Source: Candidatus Heimdallarchaeota archaeon (lineage in GTDB: Archaea > Asgardarchaeota > Wukongarchaeia > Wukongarchaeales > JBHIFL01). Taken from it: a stretch of DNA of 22,734 nucleotides. Below the pieces are notes generated by a model, which saw only the letters and a list, made by a program, of their open reading frames with translations, was not told the DNA's origin and searched no databases. Below are positions 1-10,009 of this stretch, in pieces. Both the position numbers and the translations under genes were made by a program. Location of the stretch: contig JBHIFL010000062.1 of assembly GCA_046761065.1 (NCBI GenBank), positions 1-22,734 on the forward strand. Direction: 5' to 3'. How positions within the stretch are numbered: position 1 is the stretch's first letter; every line of letters starts with the position of its first letter.

Positions 1-1651
1 TGGTTAGAGTAGCTATTATGACAACGAGGCTCGATCCTAGCATGAAACGCTCAAGCTCGCTGACTTCGATCCCCGGGGTAGATGTAACCATTGTTGAGGG
101 GGCGGAATAAGCGGTGAACACCGGATCGTGAATAATCCTAGAACCGTCCCATTGGGGAAATTGGATCCCTATCCGAAGGATCGCACGATCCAGATCGAGT
201 CCAATGTCACCTAGCTGGTCATTAACTGGGCGGACATCGCTTTGCAGACGTTGGCGAATCGCGGGGTGGACCCACATCGCGAGCCGCCGTAACAACTGGT
301 TCGTGATGTGATGAAAATAGCCTAACCGTTGAGTTTGAAGTCGGCGCGCTCGGATAGCCGTTTGAAACACCGGGAGGTTGGAGATCTGGGTTCCGTTAAG
401 GTAATCAAGGGTGTAGTGCGGCTTCACAGCAAAATCTGTTCGGAAAACACGTTCATCACTCACATCTACGTCGATGGTTTCATTGATGTCTTGGTCAACC
501 TCGGAGAGGTCTTCTTGCGCGGTGCCTTCATCCAGTCTGAGCCGAGGGGGACGGTCTAGTTGTCCAATGTTCATACTCGAGAGCACAGAAAGTCCCAGCC
601 CATAGTCCGCATACAGTCCCATTATCCGTGCACGGGCCTTCCCATCCGTGTAAAGAACTATGCCATGATTTGGAGCGAACATCCAAGGCTCTTCGGCACC
701 AAAAACGGTCCCATCGATGGTTTCCTCCTCAGCCAATTCGAGGGCCGTGGTGAGTTCCTTATCGCTCCCAATAAGATACAGCATTCCCATCAACTTCACT
801 TCCCCAATGTCATACTCGCTGGAAATATTTGAGATCACGGTATCTTCCGTTTCGTTGAAGGTCACTTTATACCTAAAGGTTAGTTCGTCTAGTAACGTAA
901 AACAACGGATGTGTTCAGCGCGTACCAAGTAAATTTCATCACTGGGGCGCTTGGGTGAGACATCCAAATGATACCATGCGGTTAGTAGATTGGTATAGGT
1001 AACCCCAAACATATAGGAATGGGTTTCTTCGTTGTATTCAAAGAAGGGCATAGCATTCCATTGATAGAGCTCGGTGTCTATGACCGAACTTAGTCGTTCT
1101 AGCAAGACCTGACTCGAGAGGGTGTACCCCATGAAGATTTCATCATCTCGGCTAAGCTTGTTTTCCTGGGGCGTTTCGGGGGCGGGACTCACCGTGTAGG
1201 CCGCCAGGCCCTCATAAGTGATGGTCACGAAGACATGCCTCCCTCCGGGGGACAGGAAGTGCTCCGCTAGAATCTGAAATGGCGCCGTCTGATTGAATTG
1301 CCTGGTTACCTCACCCTCATAGGGATCCAGGACGGTCACATTCGCCGAGTGCTCCAGCATCGCCGTATAGAGAACTTGAAAGCCAGAGTCGTTCAGGTAC
1401 GAGAGGAAGAATTCGTTGTTGACTTCAGGCATGGTGTCCGCTTGCTCGTTTGCTTCGTCAAAGAAATCTCGGATCACATTTGCTCCGGTTTGCGGGTCAT
1501 CATCCGGCCGGTTCAGGTCGACAACCAAGGCGAAATACTGCTCCACAGAGCCATGTCCTAGGAGGGACCTCGCACTGGCGGCACTTCCGGATACCCCACT
1601 CAACAACACCAAGAATGCCACCGAGATCGTTAAAACCGATTTTTTTCTCAC
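1..1651 (-). CDS. Secreted, C-terminally anchored surface (glyco)protein; full-length paralog of 1828..3462; 3' end runs off the window (absent from the ORF track)
   Basis: Hand translation from GTG at 1651 (AGGAGG SD at 1664-1659) stays open to position 2: MRKKSVLTISVAFLVLLSGVSGSAASA (signal peptide) ...GHGSVEQYFALVVDLNRPDDDP...NNEFFLSYLN...ERVFRTDF...IQFPQWDGSRIIHDPVFTAY...TPGIE...FMLGSSLVVIIATLT (TM). Colinear with the 544-aa neighbour. Confidence 0.9.
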   Translation of the reverse strand, partial: MRKKSVLTISVAFLVLLSGVSGSAASARSLLGHGSVEQYFALVVDLNRPDDDPQTGANVIRDFFDEANEQADTMPEVNNEFFLSYLNDSGFQVLYTAMLEHSANVTVLDPYEGEVTRQFNQTAPFQILAEHFLSPGGRHVFVTITYEGLAAYTVSPAPETPQENKLSRDDEIFMGYTLSSQVLLERLSSVIDTELYQWNAMPFFEYNEETHSYMFGVTYTNLLTAWYHLDVSPKRPSDEIYLVRAEHIRCFTLLDELTFRYKVTFNETEDTVISNISSEYDIGEVKLMGMLYLIGSDKELTTALELAEEETIDGTVFGAEEPWMFAPNHGIVLYTDGKARARIMGLYADYGLGLSVLSSMNIGQLDRPPRLRLDEGTAQEDLSEVDQDINETIDVDVSDERVFRTDFAVKPHYTLDYLNGTQISNLPVFQTAIRARRLQTQRLGYFHHITNQLLRRLAMWVHPAIRQRLQSDVRPVNDQLGDIGLDLDRAILRIGIQFPQWDGSRIIHDPVFTAYSAPSTMVTSTPGIEVSELERFMLGSSLVVIIATLT

Positions 1652-1827
1652 AATTTTTCCTCCTTTTTGGTTTGAAGGTACATGAAGAAAATAGAGGCCA
1701 AGAAATATAAGGAATTGCTTTTAAATCCCTAGAAACGCTCAGTTCTAGGATTGTAGAAATTCCAACGCCAGGTCCCCACTGGGGGGCTATCGCTGGTTTG
1801 CACCTTAAAAATCGCACCAAACGATGC

Positions 1828-3462
1828 CTAGGGTCTTCGTTTTGATACAACCATAAGAACCATGACGAGCAGGGTCATTCCAACAAAATAGCGAAGGTTT
1901 TCACGGAGCAAGGAACGTGTAGCGCTCCTCCCAAAGGCGATAAAGACGGGGTCATGATTGAGTTCTAATCCCCCCCACACGGGGAACTGGATTGCAAGAA
2001 ACACTTTGCTGTGGTGGAGATCCAGGCCGGTATCGTTGAGCCATCGGTCAATCTGAACGTCATTACTCCGTAATTGCGCTCGAATAACTGGACTCAACCC
2101 TTTTGTTAATCGGTACAGTAGGAAATTTGTGAGTTGGTGGGTCTGCTCAAACTGATCGAAATGGATTCGATCCGAACCGATAGTCGCCTGGAATACCGGC
2201 AACCCTGCGATCTGTGTTGAGTTGGGGAGGGTCAGAGAATAGGTCGGTTTCCGGGTGAAATCCGTTCGGAATATCCGTTCTTTGATCAACTCCACGTCAA
2301 CCGCGTGCGTGATATTTTGGCTTTGAGTTGCAAGTGACCTTGCAACCGGCCCTGCATCAATCCTGAACCCGGGACGCACCGTGCTTATTATGTTCATTGC
2401 CGAGAGAACAATGAGCCCAAACCCATGTTCCCCTTGAACCCCGCGAAGTCGCGCCATAGCTTTTTCATCGGTATATAGAATGAATCGCGCCTTTCGGAGA
2501 CTGCCCACCTTGACCGTTCCGTTTAGCGCCTCATTATCCAGCAAGACTTGCGCAATAGGAACTTCACGTGCATAAGCTTGCAGCGCCAACACTCTGATGC
2601 GACCAATGTCGTAAGTTGACGCGACCTCGGTTTGAACGCGGTTCGAATCTTCTTGAAAACTCAGGCGATGGCGAAATGTCAAATGTTCTAAAAGGGTGAG
2701 CGCCACGAGCTCCTCAGGTTGAGGAAGGTAAAGCGTTTCATTCAAGCGGCTAGAAATTTGGGTACGTCGCCATGCCACAAGAACATTGGAATAGGTGATT
2801 CCAAAGGTGTAAGTGTTGTCTTTACTGTTGTATTCAAAGAATGGCGCCGCATTCCAACGATAGGTCTCATTCGCTGCAGGTAAAAGCTGTTGACTCAGCA
2901 AATCTAGAAGGATCTGCCCCGAAAAAGTGTATCCCGTGAGAAGAACGTCAGTTGGGCGGAGTGCAAGCCCGCTTTGAACGAAGGGGGTCAGGGGTGTACG
3001 ATAAGCTAGGAGGCCTTCATACGAATTCATCACTAATACATCCCGACCCTGGGGGGATCTGAAGTGTTCGATGAGCATTTGAAAAGGGGATGTCACATTG
3101 AATTGGGTCAATGGGAAAGAAGACGCAGGTCCCTCCTCCAGCTGAAGGGGACTTACCGAATGTTCCATTAACGACAGATAAACGAGCTCAAACCCCTTCT
3201 GATTTACGTATGCCAGGAAGAACTTGTTGTTTATCGATGGATCCGAATCGGTTTCTTGGTTTGAAGGCTCTGTGAAATCCCTAAGGACATTGGCAGCCAC
3301 CCTGGGATCACGATCCGGTTGGTTCAGATCTACCACGACCCCAAACGATTGCTCCGAGAGGTCGTGGCCGAATACAGTGATCGGGGCGGCTTGGCTGCCG
3401 GCAACACTTAAGGTTAGACCCAAGAGCAGGAGCAGATATCCTGCGTGAATTTGCTTCCGCAT
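1828..3462 (-). CDS. Secreted, C-terminally anchored surface glycoprotein (544 aa), function unknown
   Basis: N-terminal signal peptide, several N-x-S/T sequons (NVT, NET x2, NGT, NIT, NST, NDT), QFPVWGGLELNHDPVFIA motif, C-terminal TM helix followed by KRRP. Confidence 0.9.
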   Translation of the reverse strand: MRKQIHAGYLLLLLGLTLSVAGSQAAPITVFGHDLSEQSFGVVVDLNQPDRDPRVAANVLRDFTEPSNQETDSDPSINNKFFLAYVNQKGFELVYLSLMEHSVSPLQLEEGPASSFPLTQFNVTSPFQMLIEHFRSPQGRDVLVMNSYEGLLAYRTPLTPFVQSGLALRPTDVLLTGYTFSGQILLDLLSQQLLPAANETYRWNAAPFFEYNSKDNTYTFGITYSNVLVAWRRTQISSRLNETLYLPQPEELVALTLLEHLTFRHRLSFQEDSNRVQTEVASTYDIGRIRVLALQAYAREVPIAQVLLDNEALNGTVKVGSLRKARFILYTDEKAMARLRGVQGEHGFGLIVLSAMNIISTVRPGFRIDAGPVARSLATQSQNITHAVDVELIKERIFRTDFTRKPTYSLTLPNSTQIAGLPVFQATIGSDRIHFDQFEQTHQLTNFLLYRLTKGLSPVIRAQLRSNDVQIDRWLNDTGLDLHHSKVFLAIQFPVWGGLELNHDPVFIAFGRSATRSLLRENLRYFVGMTLLVMVLMVVSKRRP

Positions 3463-3713
3463 TGCGCTTCCTCAGCTCCAGAGAAGGATGATCCTTCGTA
3501 TTTTGTAACACAATGTCGATACCCATTGTTCGCGATCATGATGTCCAGTTTGGGGCAAGGAGGACCTTCGCATGTGAAAAGGCCATTTTCCTTTGTGCAG
3601 CATCTTGTATTTCAATCCTCGGTTTGAATCCTTTAGAAAGGTTGAGATCAAGAACCCTAGAAGTTGGGCTCTCCCAGTCCGAGGGGTCAAGTGAGCAGGG
3701 ATCCAAGGTTTAT

Positions 3714-4580
3714 TCATAGGATAACCACCATCGCAATCGCTAAACAGGTATACAGGGTGAGAAGGGATATCAAGACGGCTCTGTCTTGTTTTAGTGCCAA
3801 GTTAATCTTGATCGCGGTTGACAGTAGGCCAACAACCCAGAATTGAAGCCCCACTAGTACTAAAAGAGGGAAATCCTCAAAGAAATGATTCAACAGATTG
3901 ATTGAGAACTTGTTTTGTAAAGTGAGAAGAGCCGGGTAAAGTAACAGGGGACTCAGCGTGATAGGAATTGCCACAAAGAGTCGAGCATTCCAAAAGGGGG
4001 ATCTATACAGAAGCCACGCATACGAACTCACGAGGAAGAAGATGCCGATCCATGATATGGTGGCTTCCAGATAGATTATTGTCGGCGGCCGAATCATCGA
4101 ATCTCCGAAGAACGATAGAATGATCTCTAGTTGGGCAGTTTGGGAGGTGACCCATCCCCAGAGAAGAATAATAAAACAAGAATGCAGGACGTAGGCTCTT
4201 GCTTGAGTTTTCACCGTCATAAAAACCTTATCGAAAAGAATGACCTTCGTGACCGCGGAAAGCCGCGGAACGGAAGGAATCTGAAGCCCTGTGTGACTCG
4301 CTAATTTGTTTTCGTCGGTTGTTATGAGCTCATATGCTACCCATCCGCTCGGGGTCAGAAAATATTTCTTGCGCGGATCTTGCGAGATTAACCCCCCTAA
4401 TGCGTCGAGATGGTGATAAATCGTCCCAACCGATTCGGAGGAGAAGTGGGCTTTAAGTTCGGTGAATCCGATCTTCCCTCTTTCAGCCAATAATTTGATC
4501 ATTTGCTGACGCAGGGGATGGCCCAGCCTGCTGTAGATCTCCGCCAATGTTTTTTCGTCTCTTTCGCCTTTCCTTGGCAA
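3714..4580 (-). CDS. ArsR-like winged-helix DNA-binding domain fused to a multi-pass membrane domain
   Basis: LGHPLRQQMIKLL..IGFTELK..SVGTIYHHLDAL..KKYFLTPSG (ArsR/HTH_20-type wHTH), followed by ~5 hydrophobic helices. Confidence 0.85.
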   Translation of the reverse strand: MPRKGERDEKTLAEIYSRLGHPLRQQMIKLLAERGKIGFTELKAHFSSESVGTIYHHLDALGGLISQDPRKKYFLTPSGWVAYELITTDENKLASHTGLQIPSVPRLSAVTKVILFDKVFMTVKTQARAYVLHSCFIILLWGWVTSQTAQLEIILSFFGDSMIRPPTIIYLEATISWIGIFFLVSSYAWLLYRSPFWNARLFVAIPITLSPLLLYPALLTLQNKFSINLLNHFFEDFPLLVLVGLQFWVVGLLSTAIKINLALKQDRAVLISLLTLYTCLAIAMVVIL

Positions 4581-4591
4581 GATCTTGACCC

Positions 4592-4837
4592 CTAGCCCTT
4601 CAAATAGCCGGATGCGTTGACGTCCATCTTCGCATAGGAGATGCCGCTTGTCTCTCTATGTTCGTATTCAGAAGGTCGCGATTTTTTGAAGCTTTCGAAC
4701 GCATCTTCAATTTTTTCACAGAGCGTTTCGGTTTCAGTTGCCACTGCTCGAGTGTCGACAGACCTGCTTGGTTTCAGGAAACGATAGTATTGGGACCTTT
4801 TTTCATTATATCGTCTTGATTCGATTATCGTCGGCAA
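4592..4837 (-). CDS. Possible small hypothetical protein
   Basis: 81-aa ORF filling the gap and ending 11 nt before the wHTH gene on the same strand; no recognisable motif. Confidence 0.3.
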   Translation of the reverse strand: MPTIIESRRYNEKRSQYYRFLKPSRSVDTRAVATETETLCEKIEDAFESFKKSRPSEYEHRETSGISYAKMDVNASGYLKG

Positions 4838-4893
4838 TAAAAAAGGTTAAACGCCTTCATCCCCAAATGACCTTCTGACTAGAGAGTGATGAA

Positions 4894-5571
4894 TTGACCT
4901 CAAGCATGGACCCAATATTGAGAGTCTGTCGAACCAAGGCTCAGGCAAAAGAAAGCTACGATAAAATCAGTCGGTTCTACGACTTTTTTGCGGGAACGTT
5001 CGAGAACAAATACCGAACCATCGCCTTGGAGTGGTTACATGTGACCAATGGGGAAACGGTCCTTGAGATCGGGTTTGGGACGGGACAGTGCTTACGGCAC
5101 CTCGCAGAGGCAGTCGGGGAGCAGGGGAAGAGCTATGGGATCGACATTTCCTCGGGGATGCTGGAAATCAGCAAGAAGCGACTTGAAGCCGCCGACCTTT
5201 TAGAGCGTATCGAACTCTACTGCGGCGATGCCCTCCACTTACCGTATGCGGATGCGAAATTTGATGCTGTGTTCATGAGCTTCACCCTTGAACTCTTCGA
5301 TACCCCGGAAATCCCACAAGTCCTCGGCGAAGTCCAGCGGGTTTTGAAACCCCATGGGCGGCTCGGCGTCGTCAGTATGTCCAAAGAAGACGGCGATTCG
5401 TTCATGCTGCGCTTGTATGAGTGGGTCCACCAAAAACTTCCCACCTATGTGGACTGCCGGCCCATCTATGTGGAAGAAGCCATAAAGGACGCCGGATTCG
5501 CAATAAAGCGCAAAATGAAAGTGAAGCTTTTCGGATTACCGGGCGAGATTGTTCTCGGTGTTAAGCCCTAA
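4894..5571 (+). CDS. Class I SAM-dependent methyltransferase, UbiE/MenG-like (start may be ATG 4906)
   Basis: Motif I VLEIGFGTG, GIDISSGML, GDALHLPYADAKFDAVF, RVLKPHGRL. Confidence 0.92.
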   Translation: MTSSMDPILRVCRTKAQAKESYDKISRFYDFFAGTFENKYRTIALEWLHVTNGETVLEIGFGTGQCLRHLAEAVGEQGKSYGIDISSGMLEISKKRLEAADLLERIELYCGDALHLPYADAKFDAVFMSFTLELFDTPEIPQVLGEVQRVLKPHGRLGVVSMSKEDGDSFMLRLYEWVHQKLPTYVDCRPIYVEEAIKDAGFAIKRKMKVKLFGLPGEIVLGVKP

Positions 5572-5894
5572 CCTTTATCATTTTATAACAGCAAATACAA
5601 GCGAAAGCGAAACCTCCCCGCAAGTTGCCACATACACCTCCTATAGATGCGTGTTACATTGTCTGTTATGCTTGCAGTTGCTCCCTCTATTAAACACCCA
5701 ATTCCTACTCCTATAAACCCAATGCGAGTATATGCTCTTTCGTGTCGTCTTGACAGCCTTACCTCTATAAAAGACTATGTGACTCTTCCTCATTCTTGGA
5801 CGTGCGACTTACATCATTAACATTGAAGGAATTTCAGATATTTTTTCCTCTCATTTCTGACCTTGAATGCGCATCGAAGAATCAATTACCGTGC

Positions 5895-6038
5895 TCAAGA
5901 AATTAGTAAATATATAGGGAGCAAATGAACTGCTATCTACAGAAACTCGTGCGCATCGACACGCAGGTTCCTCCCGGGCACAATTATGATCAGGCAAGCT
6001 GGGTAAATGGAAGTATTCCCAAAATGCTGGCAGATTAA
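5895..6038 (+). pseudogene. N-terminal remnant of an M20 (ArgE/DapE-like) metallopeptidase
   Basis: Frame from 5913 reads YREQMNCYLQKLVRIDTQVPPGHNYDQ, matching the M20 N-terminal pattern 'LxxLVxIxTxxPPGxNY'; it stops at TAA 6036-6038 and no catalytic core follows. Confidence 0.55.
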
Positions 6039-6086
6039 CAACCAATTAAGTTAAAAAGTTACACAGCCGTGATGACATTTAGTAGT

Positions 6087-6577
6087 ATGGTGGAGCCCTT
6101 GCGAAAAGGATTTGGTGAGGAACATCAACTTTGTGACTTTGGACAGAATAAATTCATCGTATTATACTTGGTAACGTAGCTTATGGATTCTTTCCAGGTT
6201 CATAGGCCCACGTTTCTAATAACTTCTTCTCATTGGAGGTTCCAAGGTTCATTCGTGATCATTTGTTTGATTATTAGCATTTACCTTACGTGGGGCGCTC
6301 ACAAAGCGGTTTTTAATGACACCCTACTGAACCGCAAGTAATTGATTTTGGGGTTTTTAGCATTGTGTGTCACCCTATGTATCTTGGAGTACTCCTAATG
6401 ATGATTGGACTTTTCTTTTAGTCACTTTCGTTGTCATCACTATGCATCTAGGTCGTGTTCTTTTACATCTATGACCAAATGGCTAGTTACAAGGAAGGGG
6501 ACCTGATCCGGATATTTGGAGAAGATTACATAGAGTATTAGCTTAGAATAGGGAAATGGTTCCCCATGTTGCTGTAA
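6087..6577 (+). pseudogene. Isoprenylcysteine carboxyl methyltransferase (ICMT/PEMT) family pseudogene
   Basis: MVEPLRKGFGEEHQLCDFGQ..VT*LMDSF...AHKAVF[frameshift ~6322]EPQVIDFGVFSIVCHPMYLG...FF*S...CI*V...MASYKEGDLIRIFGEDYIEY*LRIGKWFP. Degenerate RHPMY and EExxL..FG..Y..Y motifs; TAG stops at 6177, 6419, 6449 and 6539. Confidence 0.85.
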
Positions 6578-6583
6578 CGGATA

Positions 6584-6600
6584 ATAAATAAAAAAAAAGA
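6584..6600 (-). terminator. Oligo-T tract, probable archaeal terminator of the 6653 gene
   Basis: A9 run on + (6590-6598), read as T9 on -, ~55 nt past the stop at 6653. Confidence 0.45.
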
Positions 6601-6652
6601 AGAGCGGGGTTTGAGCCACGCTAAGCGCATCTCAACTAGCTGTTGTTGTATC

Positions 6653-7204
6653 TTAATTAATTCGGAATGTGCCCGGGGCATATTGAGGGGCACCGAATGG
6701 ATACCATTCAATAATGCCACTCATGTGCACACTGCGACCTTCCCACATCGAGAAGTCCCCACACGCTTCTTCGACGTTGCCGTTCATATGGTATTTACTG
6801 GTTTTTAGATTGGTTTGGCCTTCGTCATATCCCCAAAGGAATGGTTGACCAACCACCAAAAGTGTCAGTACCCCATCCTCATTAAATTCAAATTGAAAAT
6901 TGGCCATATCGTATATCTCCCATATTTCTTCGAAGAAATGGATGTTATTTCCTTTGTAGGGAGGTGTAACGAACGCCTTTCCTGAGCCAATAGCGAAGAA
7001 TAACATGCCGTACACTTCGCCATCGATGGTAATGGTTCCGACCCAATCCGGTATTGCTTCTTGTGGTCCGGGCCATCCCAGATTAAACTGCAAGTCCATA
7101 GTTCCTCTTAGCGGCTTCATAGCATGGACCGGTACTACAGGGACTAACACCAGTATTATTCCTAATGCCACCAGTAAAATACGTGCTCTCCTAACCGCGT
7201 TCAC
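6653..7204 (-). CDS. Secreted hypothetical protein; true start probably near 7195-7204, not 7360
   Basis: GGAGGTGA SD next to (V)RRARILLVALGIILVLVPVVPVHA (signal peptide with VHA cleavage site), then a beta-rich soluble domain. Confidence 0.75.
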   Translation of the reverse strand: MNAVRRARILLVALGIILVLVPVVPVHAMKPLRGTMDLQFNLGWPGPQEAIPDWVGTITIDGEVYGMLFFAIGSGKAFVTPPYKGNNIHFFEEIWEIYDMANFQFEFNEDGVLTLLVVGQPFLWGYDEGQTNLKTSKYHMNGNVEEACGDFSMWEGRSVHMSGIIEWYPFGAPQYAPGTFRIN

Positions 7205-7467
7205 CTCCTCTGAAGTTCTTCCCTTTACTTTATGTAAACACAAGCTGTTAATTCGCGCTGTGATCATAGGAAGGAATTGGTCACTATTAATAGGTGCTGG
7301 GAACAAGTGACCAGCAAGTGACCACTGTATATTTAGCAGAATGTATTCTCGATCCTCCACTCACGAAAAATTGCATACATGTTCTTGGTTTTCTTCCTCC
7401 GCTTGAGAGAATGCTCATAATTTGGAAGAAGAATCTTAATATCCTATAAAATCTCAAGATGTGGATC

Positions 7468-9603
7468 TTACCCGTCAGAAAGGGGAATTACTCTCAATTG
7501 CCTCCCATACCCTTCATCTAATTCTTCGATTATTCCTTGGTGAATTAAGTTATTCACGCGTTCTCGAATGATTCGCCTTGAGGCACGGCCTCTCTGGGTT
7601 CTAACTTCCTCGGTTAATTGAGAGATATTTAATCGATCTTTTCTCTCTAAACAACTGATTATAACTGTAGAAATGGCATCGTATTTGAGATAAGGATATT
7701 TGCGGATAATTCTATCTTTCAATGATACGGGGTGTGTTTTCTTGGAGCTAGGATCTTCAATGATTTCAACAGAATTACTTATCACTTTTGAGAGATTATC
7801 AGTAATTTCATTCATACGCTTGCGAATCATGCGAACCACTTGGGCTTCCACGCCAGCCAATTCACTGACTTCATCGGGGAGCGCTTTTCGAGCTTGGAGG
7901 ACCTTCCATTGGTTGAGTTGACTTAGTAATATTTCTTGTTCGTTGGAAATGCTCCGAGCCAATAGTTGCAGCCCTTGGTTGCCTGCGATGGCTTGTGCTT
8001 GGGTGAACAATCGGCGGGCGCGCGGTACGTCTAGTTCGAGGAGGACAAGCTTGGCTTGCAACAAATAGGTTTCAGCAAGTAGAAAATGAGACTGTTGTGT
8101 CTTAGCTACTTCAAGGAGGCGACTCGTCACTGCTTGGATCTCGCGAAAGATTTCCGGATCTTCGGACGTTTTGTACTCGAAGAACAGTAATTCGCAAAGA
8201 TGGAGGCTTGCTAGAACCCAAAGTTCAAAGGACAGGGCCTGATCTCCTACGAGTTGCTGAAAGAGGATTTGCGCATGCATTTTATCCCGCATCCGAGGGC
8301 TCGCCTTGAGCACTAAGGCTCGAGCGAGGTGATATACCAGATCTGTGAACTTGTTAACTACTTTGTCCTGGAGCTCCTTGAGCTGCTGCTGAAAGCGGCG
8401 CGCGGTCTTAAGATTACCCAGTTCGAGGGATATGCTAACCAAATAAAAGAGGCTGATAGCGATGAATAGATCGTTTCCTAATTCCTTTTGAACCTTCAAA
8501 CCTTTTATCATATATTCGAACGCTGCTTCTAACTGACCTTTTTTCATGTGTGTAATCCCGAGGTGGTTAAGACACCACCCAATCCCTACCTGATACCTTT
8601 GCTCCTCTGAAAAAGCCAATGCTTTCTGAAACGACTCTAAGGCGTGTTCCAATTCGCCTTTCAGTAAATAAATACGCCCGAGTTGCATGAAACAGTTAGA
8701 TTCCGCAATAGTCCCAGAAATTCCCAGTTGCTCAGTTATCGCCAAACTGTTTTGAAGTACCTCCAAAGCATACTCCAATTCGCCTTTTTGTATGGAAACT
8801 AAGCCGATAAAGGAGAAAGCCCAGGCCATCCCGTGTTGGATTCCCAACTGCTCATAAATGGCCAAGCTTTGCTGAAAACATTCTAAGGCACGCTCCCTTT
8901 CTCCTTGAAGTGAGTAAGTCCAACCGAGACATAAGAATGAATGGGCGATCTCCAGTGGATGTTTCAGGCGTTCTCTAATCGTCAATCTTTGCTGTAAGGA
9001 GTCTACTGATCGTTCGTATTTTGTTTGATACAGATAAGCCCAACCGAGATAATAGAGCGAATGGGCGATCTCTTGAGGTTTGCCCCACTCCTCGCGAAGT
9101 ATTAGACTCTGCTGAAGGCACTCTATAGCACGCTCTATTGGTCCCGTATACGCGTAAATCCCACCTTCGAGCGCCAGTAACGTCGCCTCACGTCCGATAA
9201 GATCTGAGCTCTTGGCACTTGTAAGGGATGCCAGCATGGTCTTTCCTTGGTCAATTAAGTGAAGGCATGTCTCTGATTTCCACAGCTCTAGCCAAGCTTC
9301 AGCCATGACGCTGAGTGCATCAACCCCGATCAACGGCTGGTTCAGGTCTTGACTCGCCTTGACTAGCTGATTTGCTACATCTTGCGCCTTCTTAATGTCC
9401 AACTGGGCCAAGATGCGACATTTGAGCAGTTGGCTCTGTAACTGTGCAAGCTGGGAGACGTCCTCTTGAGTTTCCAACTGATCCAGATGCTTCAGAGCTT
9501 CCTGGAACTTACCGTGCCAGAATAAGTGCTCTGCTTGCCGGATAGGCTCTTGTTGGGCAGGATCGGTAGAACCGCCTGCATCCTCTTGTCGCACCACTTT
9601 CAC
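7468..9603 (-). CDS. Tetratricopeptide repeat protein with a C-terminal winged-helix domain (711 aa)
   Basis: ~40-aa TPR units (IAHSLYYLGWAY / IAHSFLCLGWTY; ATGGGCGATCTC at 8941 and 9061, 120 nt apart), ALVLKASPRMRDK helix block, C-terminal LNISQLTEEVR...RRIIRERVNNLIHQGII wHTH. Confidence 0.9.
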   Translation of the reverse strand: MKVVRQEDAGGSTDPAQQEPIRQAEHLFWHGKFQEALKHLDQLETQEDVSQLAQLQSQLLKCRILAQLDIKKAQDVANQLVKASQDLNQPLIGVDALSVMAEAWLELWKSETCLHLIDQGKTMLASLTSAKSSDLIGREATLLALEGGIYAYTGPIERAIECLQQSLILREEWGKPQEIAHSLYYLGWAYLYQTKYERSVDSLQQRLTIRERLKHPLEIAHSFLCLGWTYSLQGERERALECFQQSLAIYEQLGIQHGMAWAFSFIGLVSIQKGELEYALEVLQNSLAITEQLGISGTIAESNCFMQLGRIYLLKGELEHALESFQKALAFSEEQRYQVGIGWCLNHLGITHMKKGQLEAAFEYMIKGLKVQKELGNDLFIAISLFYLVSISLELGNLKTARRFQQQLKELQDKVVNKFTDLVYHLARALVLKASPRMRDKMHAQILFQQLVGDQALSFELWVLASLHLCELLFFEYKTSEDPEIFREIQAVTSRLLEVAKTQQSHFLLAETYLLQAKLVLLELDVPRARRLFTQAQAIAGNQGLQLLARSISNEQEILLSQLNQWKVLQARKALPDEVSELAGVEAQVVRMIRKRMNEITDNLSKVISNSVEIIEDPSSKKTHPVSLKDRIIRKYPYLKYDAISTVIISCLERKDRLNISQLTEEVRTQRGRASRRIIRERVNNLIHQGIIEELDEGYGRQLRVIPLSDG

Positions 9604-10009
9604 ACCCCCAAGTGGGAACGTCTAAGGTGGCATGAGACGAAATCTCCCTAACAGCTAGTATTTGAAGACATTCGATGGAGTACCACCCAAGATGTGGGAT
9701 GCTGCAGCACTTTATTGTTATATTTGTGGCAGATGATATAAGTTTTATGGGTTTTTAGTTCTTTAATGGGACTTAAAAACTGGAACAAGGACGAGTTCAG
9801 GGGTTTAACAACCAAGAGTTATTAAACAGAACTCCCGTCAGTCGGCGGTGCCATATTACTCTGATTATGAACAAAGAAATTCAAGATATCTTGCGAACAT
9901 CTCACCCCAAAAATCAACGGAATAGTTGCCCTGCTTTTCATTCATTTGGGATGTGGTGTACCGTAACAATATATTACTTAATGTGTCTTATTGTGATATA
10001 AAAGCCGGT

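Noticed and set aside
329-1850. Short track ORFs over the first 1.8 kb
   Set aside because: Antisense or off-frame to the real 1651..1 gene.
5572-5800. Hydrophobic minus-strand fragments (GFIGVGIGCLIEGA)
   Set aside because: Too short and degenerate to assign.
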